This document shows, piece by piece, positions 28,892-37,994 of a DNA stretch of 64,000 nucleotides. Each line of letters begins with the position of its first letter. Position 1 is the stretch's first letter. The stretch is taken from contig DATLVI010000013.1 of NCBI GenBank assembly GCA_035577545.1, forward strand, positions 67,778 through 131,777, read 5' to 3'. The position numbers and the translations under genes are program-made. Source of the stretch: Verrucomicrobiia bacterium (GTDB lineage: Bacteria; Verrucomicrobiota; Verrucomicrobiia; Palsa-1439). A model generated the notes under the pieces. That model worked only from the letters and a program-made list of their open reading frames with translations, made no database searches and was not told where the DNA came from.

Positions 28892-30475
28892 CTAGACCGC
28901 CGGTTCGTCTTTGCGGTAACTGGAGACGACCCAGTTACTGAGGAATTTGTCGGGGTCGGCCAGGGCGGATTTGGGGATGACGAATTCGGACTGGCCGGCG
29001 TTGTTCTTCACGAGATTCAGCCCGAACTGGTAGTCCTTGAAGAGTTCACAGCAGAGATCGGTGACGGATTTGTTGGCGTGCTGGGCGCGCTCGATAATCT
29101 CTTCGACCGCGTCGGGTTCCAGGCGCATTCGCAGCTTGTGTTTCTCCTCGAACCTCCGCTCGAAATCGTGGACAAGTTGGCGCATCAGTTCGCGCTGCTC
29201 GTAGGCCGGTTCCTTGAGGATGCGTTGCAATTCCGCCTCGGGGTTCTCCACGAGCGATCGCGTGACAACGAACTGCCGCACCGTCGATGAGGGCAGTTCA
29301 AACTTGAACTCGCGCAGTCCCCGTTCGCATACGGTGAGCAATCCGCGCGCCCCGGTATTTTCGAGCGCTGCTTTCTCCGCGACGGCGTGCAAGCCGTCGT
29401 CCGAAAACATCACGTCGATGCCGAACGCGTGGAAGCTCGATTCGTATTGCTTGATGACCGAACCTTCGCTCTGTTTGAGGATATGGTACAGGTCGGCGAC
29501 AGTCAGCTTGTCGAGGACGACGCGGACGGGCAGGCGACCGATGAACTCGGGTTCAAAACCGTACTTCACGAAGTCCTCCGTCTGCGCGCGGCGCTGGAGT
29601 TCCGCTTCGCTCACGGATTCCGCCAGGTGACCGCCGAACCCAATGTCTGCCTGGCGCACGCGCTTGCGGATGATTTCCAACATTTGGTCAAAGGCGCCAC
29701 TGACGATGAAAAGGATGTGCCTGGTGTTGATTGTCTCGCGCTTGACCTTGCCGCGCCGCTGGTATTCGAAAGCGGCCTGTAATTGCGCCTGAATATCCGT
29801 GGGCGAGCGGAGGGGGACTTCCGTTTCCTCCATGAGCTTCAAGAGATTGGTCTGCACGCCGCGACCGCTGACGTCGCGTCCCAGGACGTGGGCAGGCGTG
29901 GCAATCTTGTCGATCTCGTCGAGATAAACGATGCCGTAACTCGCGAGGCTTACGTCACCGTCCGCGCGGTGGATCAACTCGCGCACGAGGTCCTCCACGT
30001 CGCCTCCCACGTAACCGGTTTCGCTGAATTTGGTGGCGTCGGCCTTCACGAACGGCACGCCGATGAGGTCGGCGATCGTCTTGATGAGATATGTCTTGCC
30101 CACGCCCGTGGGGCCGATGAGCAGTACGTTTTGCTTCACGTAATCGCGAAGCTCCTCGCCGCGCTCGGCGGCTTTAACGTGGTTGTAATGGTCACACACC
30201 GCGATCGCGAGGGCCTTCTTGGCGTCCTCCTGCTGGATGACGAAACGGTCGAGGTGCGCTTTGACTTCCTTCGGCTTGAGATGGAAATTGAACTCGATCT
30301 CCTTGCGCTTCGGTTCCTCCACCGGCGGCGTGGTCTCCACCGTCTCGGTGTGGGGTGAGGAGAAGACGACCCGGTCGCCAAACTCCTGTTTCATGAATTC
30401 AGAGAGTTTCTTCTGGATCTCTTCCGGCGATGGCAATGGTTGATCAGAGCTCATGGTTGAAACACTGTAGCTCAC
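28892..30475 (-). CDS. HslU/ClpX-family AAA+ unfoldase-like ATPase (orphan; no HslV/ClpP gene nearby)
   Basis: 527 aa. Walker A LLIGPTGVGKT. HslU-like KADATKFSETGYVGGDVEDLVRELI. Walker B/sensor region VYLDEIDKI. An ~80-aa N-terminal extension lacks a zinc-binding domain. Confidence 0.65.
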   Translation of the reverse strand: MSYSVSTMSSDQPLPSPEEIQKKLSEFMKQEFGDRVVFSSPHTETVETTPPVEEPKRKEIEFNFHLKPKEVKAHLDRFVIQQEDAKKALAIAVCDHYNHVKAAERGEELRDYVKQNVLLIGPTGVGKTYLIKTIADLIGVPFVKADATKFSETGYVGGDVEDLVRELIHRADGDVSLASYGIVYLDEIDKIATPAHVLGRDVSGRGVQTNLLKLMEETEVPLRSPTDIQAQLQAAFEYQRRGKVKRETINTRHILFIVSGAFDQMLEIIRKRVRQADIGFGGHLAESVSEAELQRRAQTEDFVKYGFEPEFIGRLPVRVVLDKLTVADLYHILKQSEGSVIKQYESSFHAFGIDVMFSDDGLHAVAEKAALENTGARGLLTVCERGLREFKFELPSSTVRQFVVTRSLVENPEAELQRILKEPAYEQRELMRQLVHDFERRFEEKHKLRMRLEPDAVEEIIERAQHANKSVTDLCCELFKDYQFGLNLVKNNAGQSEFVIPKSALADPDKFLSNWVVSSYRKDEPAV

Positions 30476-32646
30476 TCTGCGGCGTTTTCAACGGCCGGCA
30501 CGAGCGCAGCCATGAATTGCGCGAGGCTTTCGGCCTTGCCGATGACCACCAGGTCGTCGCCCGTTGCCAGGCGTGTAGCGGGTTCGGGCATTTCCGTGAG
30601 ACTGCGACCCGTGGTGGGATCGCGTCGCTTGATGGCGAGGATGTGGATGCCGTAACTGGCGCGCGGCGCCAACTCGGCCAGCGTGCGGCCGTTCAAGTGC
30701 GCAGGCAGCTCGAAGGTGCGCAGTTCGAAGCCTTCAGGCAGCTCCACGAATACGTCGCGTTTCTCACCATCTTCCCGGACAATGAAGTGGCCGAGGAGTT
30801 GTCGCTTGTGCATGATCTCCTGGCTGTACACGCCCAGCAGGTCGCGCTTGGAAATCCAACCGATCAGCTTGCGGTCCGCGGGGCTGTCGATGACGGGCAG
30901 GCGCTCCGCGTTTTCGCGCCAGAAAATGTCCATGACATCGGCGAGGTTCTGGCGCGGGGTCACAAACTGGAACGAGTCATCCACAAGATCATCGGCGATG
31001 ACGGACGACAGAGACTCACCCTGATGAAGCATTTCTTTCAATGAATGGAGCCGAATCGCGCCGAGGAATTTGCCTTCATTGTTCACCACGTACAGATTGC
31101 TATACGGTTCCTTCAAGAATTGCTCGACGACCATGGAGAAAGGGACCGACTGGCTGACCGCGGGGACGTCATCGTGCATGATGTCTTCCACGCGCAGCGA
31201 CTGCATGACGCCGGCCTCGAGTCCCGTGGGCAGCACCACGCCGCGACGGCGCAACGATTCCTCGTCCAAGGAGCGTCCCTTGAACAGACGCGTCGTAAAA
31301 TGGCTGACGATGCACACGAACATCAGGGGCAGCACAATCTGGTAGTTGTTGGTCTGTTCAAAAATCATCATGATGGCGGTGAGCGGCGCGTGCGTTATGC
31401 CCGCGAGAACACCACCCATGCCCACCAGCGCGTACGCGCCCTGCTCGGCTGTCGCATGGGGAAATAATCGATGGACTTCGAAGCCGAACGCGCCGCCAAG
31501 CAGCGACCCCAGCATCAATGACGGGGTGAACAGCCCGCCCGCGCCGCCTGATCCAAACGTCAGCGATGAGGCCAGGATTTTCATTGGGATCAATATGAGC
31601 AGCAGAGCGAGCGTCAGCTCTTTCGCCCCCTGGAGTGTCAAGTTGACTGTCTCGAAGCCGTTGCCGTACACGTGGGGAAACCAGACGCCGATGACTCCCA
31701 CCAGCGTCATCCCGAGCGCCGGTTTCAACCAGGTCGGCAGGGGCAGCTTCTCAAATGCGTCCTGCGAACCAAACAGCGTGCGCATGAACAACAAGGAAAT
31801 CATACCCGAGAGCAATCCCAGGATGAGATAGGGCAGCAGTTCCCACGCGGACACCAGTTCGTAATGCGGGACCACGAAGCGCGGCAGGTTACCCATGCAA
31901 CTGCGAAAGACCAGCGTGGAAATCACCGACACCACGACGACGGGCCCGAGCACTTCGAGAGCGAAGTTGCCCATAAGGATTTCCAGCGCGAACAGGGAAC
32001 CGCCAATCGGCGCGTTGTAGACGGCGGCCAATGCCGCTGCCGCCGAGGCGCAGACCAGAACGCGAAGTTGCTGTGACGAAAGCTTGAAGCGACGTCCCGT
32101 GTAGGAGCCGATGGCGCTGGCCAGCAACGCCATCGCGCCTTCGCGACCCAGGGAACCGCCCGTGGAGATCGTCACGATCGCCGCCCAGTCGCGCGGTACG
32201 GTCTGCCGCAATGAGATGACGCCGCCCTTGAGGGAGACGGCCTGCATGATGGTGGTAATGCCCCCGCCGCGGGTCTGGACGCGAAAGAACCAGCCAATCA
32301 CGCCCACCAGCAGGCCGCCGACAAGAGGAATGATGATATGGAACGGCCAGGGATTATCGGCGGCGGTGGAAAGCAGATTTTGGCCGCTGCCCCAAAACTG
32401 GTTCTGGAGAAAGGAGATGATATGCGCGGTCACCACGGAGGTGAACCCGACGGCCAACCCGACCAACGGCAGAAGCAGCAGGAACGCATTTTCGCCCGGA
32501 GACCGTTTGGCCAGTTGCGGCCAGATGAGTCTCCGGAGTTTGTTGCCGATTGACCGAACCCGTGGCAGCCATGAATGCATCTGAGACACTGTACTAACAA
32601 ATCGGGCGGGGCGGGTCAAACCATGCGCTGCACGAAAACCTTGCAA
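30472..32646 (-). CDS. ClC-family chloride channel/transporter with C-terminal tandem CBS domains
   Basis: 724 aa. About 10 TM helices, ClC selectivity-filter-like GREGAMA and GGLFTPS, then two CBS-like modules. Its stop overlaps the start of the AAA+ gene by 4 nt. Confidence 0.7.
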   Translation of the reverse strand: MQGFRAAHGLTRPARFVSTVSQMHSWLPRVRSIGNKLRRLIWPQLAKRSPGENAFLLLLPLVGLAVGFTSVVTAHIISFLQNQFWGSGQNLLSTAADNPWPFHIIIPLVGGLLVGVIGWFFRVQTRGGGITTIMQAVSLKGGVISLRQTVPRDWAAIVTISTGGSLGREGAMALLASAIGSYTGRRFKLSSQQLRVLVCASAAAALAAVYNAPIGGSLFALEILMGNFALEVLGPVVVVSVISTLVFRSCMGNLPRFVVPHYELVSAWELLPYLILGLLSGMISLLFMRTLFGSQDAFEKLPLPTWLKPALGMTLVGVIGVWFPHVYGNGFETVNLTLQGAKELTLALLLILIPMKILASSLTFGSGGAGGLFTPSLMLGSLLGGAFGFEVHRLFPHATAEQGAYALVGMGGVLAGITHAPLTAIMMIFEQTNNYQIVLPLMFVCIVSHFTTRLFKGRSLDEESLRRRGVVLPTGLEAGVMQSLRVEDIMHDDVPAVSQSVPFSMVVEQFLKEPYSNLYVVNNEGKFLGAIRLHSLKEMLHQGESLSSVIADDLVDDSFQFVTPRQNLADVMDIFWRENAERLPVIDSPADRKLIGWISKRDLLGVYSQEIMHKRQLLGHFIVREDGEKRDVFVELPEGFELRTFELPAHLNGRTLAELAPRASYGIHILAIKRRDPTTGRSLTEMPEPATRLATGDDLVVIGKAESLAQFMAALVPAVENAAE

Positions 32647-32772
32647 TTGGGAAAAAATGAGCGATTATGCAACGCGGCGTGTCTGACATGAAAGAGGAGG
32701 TCTGAAGCGCCGCATGGCCGAAAGATGGCTGGCCACGACGTTCAGCAACAAGAAAGGGGGACAGCAGGCAAG

Positions 32773-33000
32773 ATGACGCAACAACACTTGACGCGTGAGC
32801 AAATTGCCGCTCGCGCCTACCAACTTTATCTCGAACGGGGACGCACCGGTGGACATGATGTCGACGATTGGCTCCAGGCGGAGTACGAGTTGATGCAACT
32901 GCCGGTCCGCAAACTCGCCGAATTGGAGCCCCCGGTGGTTCCGAAGGGCAAGGCCCGGTCAAAGTCGATTATCGACCTCGTTCGCACCGCGATGTACTAG
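32773..33000 (+). CDS. DUF2934-family small protein
   Basis: Signature REQIAARAYQLYLERGRTGGHDVDDWLQAEYEL. Start taken at the internal Met MTQQHL. Confidence 0.45.
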   Translation: MTQQHLTREQIAARAYQLYLERGRTGGHDVDDWLQAEYELMQLPVRKLAELEPPVVPKGKARSKSIIDLVRTAMY

Positions 33001-33007
33001 CGCCGCG

Positions 33008-33310
33008 ATGGAAGAAAAACAGCCGACGGAACTGCACCGACGCCGTTTGACCGCCGAGGAAGTCCGGAGCAAATACGGGAGTGGCGCCCTTCTGTTGCTG
33101 GCCTGGGAAATCTGGTGTATCCGGGACGGCTGGTTCCATCCCGATCCCCACTACGAATACATCGGGTTCTCACGGTTCATGGCCTACGTCAGTTTCCCGA
33201 TACTTCTGTTTTGCGTCGTCATGACCTTGAGCGCACACCGGGCCATCCAGCAGAACCGACGAACAGGTGACCCTGACCACACCGTGGTTCCGCCGGGCGA
33301 TCAGAAGTAA
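33008..33310 (+). CDS. Small membrane protein, hypothetical
   Basis: 100 aa with two hydrophobic segments. Weak evidence. Confidence 0.25.
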   Translation: MEEKQPTELHRRRLTAEEVRSKYGSGALLLLAWEIWCIRDGWFHPDPHYEYIGFSRFMAYVSFPILLFCVVMTLSAHRAIQQNRRTGDPDHTVVPPGDQK

Positions 33311-33313
33311 TCG

Positions 33314-34123
33314 CTACCTTTCGAGTTGGCCATGCCCTTTCATAAAATGGGCAATACGCTTCGCATCCACCGCGTTCGACCAGCGGCCGTCGATTTTGAA
33401 GTGTGACCCGACAATGAAGCCGTCCGCGAGAGCATAGTACTTCGCCAGGTTCTGCGCCGTCACGCCGGAGCCGAGATAAATGGGCAAGTGGCTGTGTTTC
33501 TTCGCCGCCCGGATATCTGTGAGCTGGGGCGGATCGCCGGTGACTGAACCGGTGATGATTACCGCGTCGCCGCGCATGAACTCCACCGCTTCCGCCGTCT
33601 CGCCGATGCCGATGTCAGCGGTGATGGCGTGCGAACTGTGCTTCTTTTTCACATCCGCCCAGACCTGCACGTGGTCGGCGCCGATCTGCTTGCGGTAACG
33701 GAGCAGGGGAGCCGCCGATGCCTGGATGAGGCCTTCGTCCGCCACGTGGGCGAAGGCGAATCCTTCGACGCGGATGAAATCCAGCCCCGCCGCGTGCGCA
33801 ACGGCCATCGCTTCCGTGTTTGCGCCGGCCAGGACCTGGACGCCGCAGGGCAATTTGACCGCTCCCTTTACGGCCGACGCCACGATGGCCATGGTGGCTA
33901 CGATCTCCGGGCCGACATGGCTGCGCAGATACGGCGTATCGTGCATATTCTCGATCATGATGCCGTGCACGCCTTCCTCGCGGTAAAGTTTGGCCTCGCG
34001 TAACGCCAATGACTCGATTTCGCGGACGCTTCGCCGACTGGCAGGCGTGCCGGGCAGAGCTTCCAGGTGAATCATGCCGATGACCGGTTTGGATGACGAA
34101 AAGAACTGATTCTTTGCGGGCAT
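33314..34123 (-). CDS. BtpA/SgcQ-family TIM-barrel protein
   Basis: Start at the internal Met (~34123; the ORF extends to 34435). MPAKNQFFSSSKPVIGMIHLEALPGTP.. and the ~270-aa length are typical of BtpA/SgcQ. Confidence 0.6.
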   Translation of the reverse strand: MPAKNQFFSSSKPVIGMIHLEALPGTPASRRSVREIESLALREAKLYREEGVHGIMIENMHDTPYLRSHVGPEIVATMAIVASAVKGAVKLPCGVQVLAGANTEAMAVAHAAGLDFIRVEGFAFAHVADEGLIQASAAPLLRYRKQIGADHVQVWADVKKKHSSHAITADIGIGETAEAVEFMRGDAVIITGSVTGDPPQLTDIRAAKKHSHLPIYLGSGVTAQNLAKYYALADGFIVGSHFKIDGRWSNAVDAKRIAHFMKGHGQLER

Positions 34124-34204
34124 AGTGCATTGATTATAGCGACCCGCTCCGCCAAACCAAGCGTGTTGATGAACGAGGCAAAACACTTGTAAGCGAGTTC
34201 TCTC

Positions 34205-36076
34205 TTGTTCGCGCCGCTGCAACGTGGTTTGCTTTTCGGGATGCCAGCTCCCGCGACCATGCAAGCGAATACGCAATCTGACTGGACAGTGATCCGCCGT
34301 CTCCTGGGGTTGAGTTGGCGCTATCGAGCGGGTTGCATCAAGGTGTTCATCTACCAATTGATCCTGCTCGCGATGGGTTTGGCGGGGCTGGGGCTGACGG
34401 GCCTGGGGATTGATTTTGTTCGATGGCACATCCAATCAACGGCGACACCACCGCACTGGCCGTTCGGGCTGGCGCCGCCGACGTCCTGGGCGCCCATGAA
34501 GGTTATGATGGTCATTGCGGCCATCATGTTTACTTTCGCGATCCTGCGGGCAGCGCTGAATTACGTTTACAGCATTGCGGTCGCGGTATTGGTGGAGCGG
34601 TACATCGTCGTCGAGATGCGGGCGCAAGTTTACGAGAAACTCCAACGGCTCAGCTTTCGGTTCTACGACGCCAATGAGACCGGCTCGATCATCAACCGCG
34701 TCACTGGCGACTCGCGTGCGGTAGCGAACTTCGTCAACAACGTATTGATTCAAAGCATCATCATGTTGCTATCGCTGTTCGTGTATCTGGCGTACATGCT
34801 GACGATCCATGCGAAGCTGACGCTGGCGTGCCTGGCGGTGATCCCACTGTTGTGGGTGATTGCGGCGGTGTTCTCGCGCGTCGTGCAACCCGAATATGTC
34901 CGCAATCGCGAGTTGGTGGATCGGATGGTCCTTCACATTGCCGAAACCGCGCAGGGAATCCAGACGATCAAGGGCTTCGCCCGCGAGCGGGAGCGGTTCG
35001 CCATCTTCGAAGCCAGCAACGAAGCCGTGCGAGCGCAACAGCAGACCATCTTCTGGCGCGTGAGCCTGTTTGTACCATCGATCGGGATGCTGACGCAGAT
35101 AAGTTTGTTTGTGTTGCTGATCTACGGCGGGCACCTGGTCATCGCGGGCGAATTGCCGCTGGGCACCGGCATGGTCGTGTTTGCGGGACTCTTGCAGCAG
35201 TTCGCGGCGCAGATCGCAAATGTCGCACAGGTTGCCAACACCATCCAGCAGAGCCTCACGGGGGCGCGGCGCGTGTTCGAGGTGCTTGACGCGCCCATCG
35301 AAATTGTTAATCCGCCGAACGCGACCCGGCTGGCTCGTGCCAAGGGTGAGGTGCGATTCGAAGGAGTGAGTTTTGGGTACAACGCCGGGGACGATCCCGA
35401 GTTGCAGGAGGTCACCTTCGAGGCGCGACCCGGGGAGAGCATCGCCATTCTCGGCCCGACCGGGTCAGGCAAGACGACGTTATTGAGCTTGATCACGCGT
35501 TTCTACGACCCCCAGCGTGGGCGCGTGCTGGTTGACGGCACGGACGTGCGGAAGCTCGACCTCGACGATCTCCGTCGCAACGTGGGGCTGGTGTTCCAGG
35601 AGAGTTTTCTTTTTAGCAACACCGTCGCGGCCAACATCGCGTTCGGGCATCCGGATGCGACGCGCGAGGAGGTCGAGAAGGCGGCGAAAATCGCCGCGGC
35701 GCACGAGTTTATTGTGAACCTGCCCAAAGGGTACGACACGCTGCTCGGTGAAGGCGGCAAGGATTTGTCGGGCGGCCAGCGCCAGCGGCTGGCCATCGCG
35801 CGCGCGCTGTTGCTTGATCCCGCGATCCTGTTGCTCGACGACCCGACGGCGGCAGTCGATCCCGAGACGGAGAAGGAGATTTTGGAGGCGATTGAGAATG
35901 CCATGCGCGGGCGCACGACGTTCATGGTGGCCAACCGGATCAGCTCGTTGCGGCGCGCCGACCGCATCATTGTTTTGGAAGATGGGCGGATCGTACAGGT
36001 CGGCACGCATGAGGAACTGGTTCGCACCGACGGGCCGTACCGACGCACGGCGGAATTGCAGTTTGCCACCACATGA
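34205..36076 (+). CDS. ABC exporter, fused permease/ATPase (MsbA-like), subunit 1 of a heterodimeric pair
   Basis: 6-TM region followed by Walker A GPTGSGKTT, signature LSGGQRQRLAIARAL and Walker B ILLLDDPTAAVD. Confidence 0.8.
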   Translation: MFAPLQRGLLFGMPAPATMQANTQSDWTVIRRLLGLSWRYRAGCIKVFIYQLILLAMGLAGLGLTGLGIDFVRWHIQSTATPPHWPFGLAPPTSWAPMKVMMVIAAIMFTFAILRAALNYVYSIAVAVLVERYIVVEMRAQVYEKLQRLSFRFYDANETGSIINRVTGDSRAVANFVNNVLIQSIIMLLSLFVYLAYMLTIHAKLTLACLAVIPLLWVIAAVFSRVVQPEYVRNRELVDRMVLHIAETAQGIQTIKGFARERERFAIFEASNEAVRAQQQTIFWRVSLFVPSIGMLTQISLFVLLIYGGHLVIAGELPLGTGMVVFAGLLQQFAAQIANVAQVANTIQQSLTGARRVFEVLDAPIEIVNPPNATRLARAKGEVRFEGVSFGYNAGDDPELQEVTFEARPGESIAILGPTGSGKTTLLSLITRFYDPQRGRVLVDGTDVRKLDLDDLRRNVGLVFQESFLFSNTVAANIAFGHPDATREEVEKAAKIAAAHEFIVNLPKGYDTLLGEGGKDLSGGQRQRLAIARALLLDPAILLLDDPTAAVDPETEKEILEAIENAMRGRTTFMVANRISSLRRADRIIVLEDGRIVQVGTHEELVRTDGPYRRTAELQFATT

Positions 36077-37896
36077 AAGCGGCCCTGACACAAGTACGGC
36101 AGGAAGACCTGGACGAGCTGAACCTGCGTCCGCTGGAGATGCGGTTGATCTGGCGGATGTTGCGGTATACGCAGAAGCATAAGCGCAAACGCGATTGGCT
36201 GTTCGCGCTGGTGATTCTCCGGTCCATCCAATTGCCCGTGTTGGCGTGGCTGATTGGCGTGATCATCAACGGCCCGATTGCTCGACATGACGCGCGCGGC
36301 GTGGTGTGGGGTGCGGTGGGATTCTTGGCGTTCGCGGCGGTGACGCAGTTCTGCTTCCACTTTCGTCAACGGTTGGCGCTGGAGATGGGCGAATCGGTCC
36401 TGCAGGATTTGCGCCGCGATATTTTCCAACACCTGCTGAAGATGCCGATGAGTTTTTACAACCGGACGAAGATCGGGCGCATCATTAGCCGGTACACGTC
36501 CGATGCCGAGGCGATGCGTGTCGGCTGGCAGGACGTGTTTTTTGTGACGGCGGTGCAGGGCGGGCAGATGATTTGCGCCGCGCTGCTGATGTTGTGGTAT
36601 GACCGGGTCTTGTTTCTGGTCGTGCTGGCGATGGCGCCGATTTTGGGGGCGATGAATTACCGATTTCGCCGCACGCTCAGCAACGCGAACCGCAAGGTGC
36701 AGGAGAGTTGGAGCCGCGTCACGGCGACCATCGCGGAATCAGTCACGGGAATTCGCGTGACGCAGGGGTTCGTGCGGCAGGACGTGAATGCGGGGCTGTT
36801 TACCGACCTGCTGATGGACCACTCGGTGTACAATCTCGGTGTTGCACGGGCCACGGGCGTGTTTCTGCCGATGCTGGAATTGAACAGCCAGACGTTTACC
36901 GCGGTGTTGCTGATGGTGGGCGGGTATCGCGTGTTGAGCCCGGCCATTCACATGGACGTCGGCAACCTGATTCAGTTTTTCTTCCTCGCGAACCTGTTTT
37001 TCAGTTCCATTCAGCCGCTCGGCAATATGTACAACCAGGCGCTGGCGGCGATGGCGGGGGCGGAACGCGTTTTTCGTCTGCTCGACGCGAAGCCTGATTG
37101 GGAGGAACCGCCAACGGTGCGCGAGCTGCCGCGCATCCGGGGACGGGTCGAGTTCCGCGATGTCAGTTTCGGTTACGTGCCCGATCGGCTGGCGCTCAAT
37201 GATATGAATTTCGTGGCCGAACCCGGCCAGACCGTTGCGCTTGTCGGCCACACGGGTAGTGGCAAGAGTTCCATCGTTAATCTCATTACAAAGTTCTACC
37301 TGCCGGGGCATGGGGCGGTGCTGATCGATGGGTTCGACACGCGGGATATCCAGGGCGACTCGCTGCATCGCCAGATGGGCATCGTCAGCCAGCAGAACTT
37401 CCTCTTTAGCGGCACGGTGATGGATAACATCCGCTTTGGCCGGCCCGCGGCGACCGACGAAGAAGTCGTGGATGCCGTCCGCAAGCTGGATTTCCTCGAC
37501 GTGATCGGTTCGCTCTCGGCAGGGTTCGCGACGGCGGTGGGTGAACGCGGCGCGAATCTGTCGCTCGGCCAGCGCCAGCTGATTTGTTTTGCCCGCGCGA
37601 TGCTGGCCGACCCGCGCATCCTGATTCTCGACGAGGCGACCAGTTCCGTGGACGCCATGACCGAAGCGCGCATCCAGAAGGCGCTCGTGACGCTGTTGCA
37701 AGGCCGCACCAGTTTCGTCGTCGCCCACCGCCTCAGCACGATACGCCACGCCGACCTGGTTCTCGTGTTAAGGCAGGGCAAGATCGTGGAGCGGGGGACA
37801 CACACGCAATTGCTGGAAGCCAACGGCACGTATGCGGAGTTGTACCGGCAGTTCATCCGCGCGACGGGAGTGGCCCCGCGACAGGCGGCGGTTTAA
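36073..37896 (+). CDS. ABC exporter, fused permease/ATPase, subunit 2
   Basis: ATGA overlap with subunit 1. GHTGSGKSS, LSLGQRQLICFARAM and ILILDEATSSVD. Confidence 0.8.
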   Translation: MKAALTQVRQEDLDELNLRPLEMRLIWRMLRYTQKHKRKRDWLFALVILRSIQLPVLAWLIGVIINGPIARHDARGVVWGAVGFLAFAAVTQFCFHFRQRLALEMGESVLQDLRRDIFQHLLKMPMSFYNRTKIGRIISRYTSDAEAMRVGWQDVFFVTAVQGGQMICAALLMLWYDRVLFLVVLAMAPILGAMNYRFRRTLSNANRKVQESWSRVTATIAESVTGIRVTQGFVRQDVNAGLFTDLLMDHSVYNLGVARATGVFLPMLELNSQTFTAVLLMVGGYRVLSPAIHMDVGNLIQFFFLANLFFSSIQPLGNMYNQALAAMAGAERVFRLLDAKPDWEEPPTVRELPRIRGRVEFRDVSFGYVPDRLALNDMNFVAEPGQTVALVGHTGSGKSSIVNLITKFYLPGHGAVLIDGFDTRDIQGDSLHRQMGIVSQQNFLFSGTVMDNIRFGRPAATDEEVVDAVRKLDFLDVIGSLSAGFATAVGERGANLSLGQRQLICFARAMLADPRILILDEATSSVDAMTEARIQKALVTLLQGRTSFVVAHRLSTIRHADLVLVLRQGKIVERGTHTQLLEANGTYAELYRQFIRATGVAPRQAAV

Positions 37897-37994
37897 GCTA
37901 CTATTCATCCGGGGGAAGGAGGTGTTGTTCCTCGACAAACCCTGCATTTTGTGGGCTAATATGGCCGCTGGGAAGCCCGGTAGTCTGCGAACCG

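Noticed and set aside
28745-31044. + ORFs 28745..29290, 29387..29782, 29783..30358 and 30430..31044
   Set aside because: Antisense to the HslU-like and ClC genes.
36739-37856. Minus ORFs 36739..37749 and 37296..37856
   Set aside because: Antisense shadows of ABC transporter subunit 2.
37584-37994. N-terminal 137 codons of track ORF 37584..39710
   Set aside because: This part overlaps the ABC transporter in another frame and is Arg/Pro-rich. The real beta-helix gene starts at the Met preceding a clean signal peptide (~37995).
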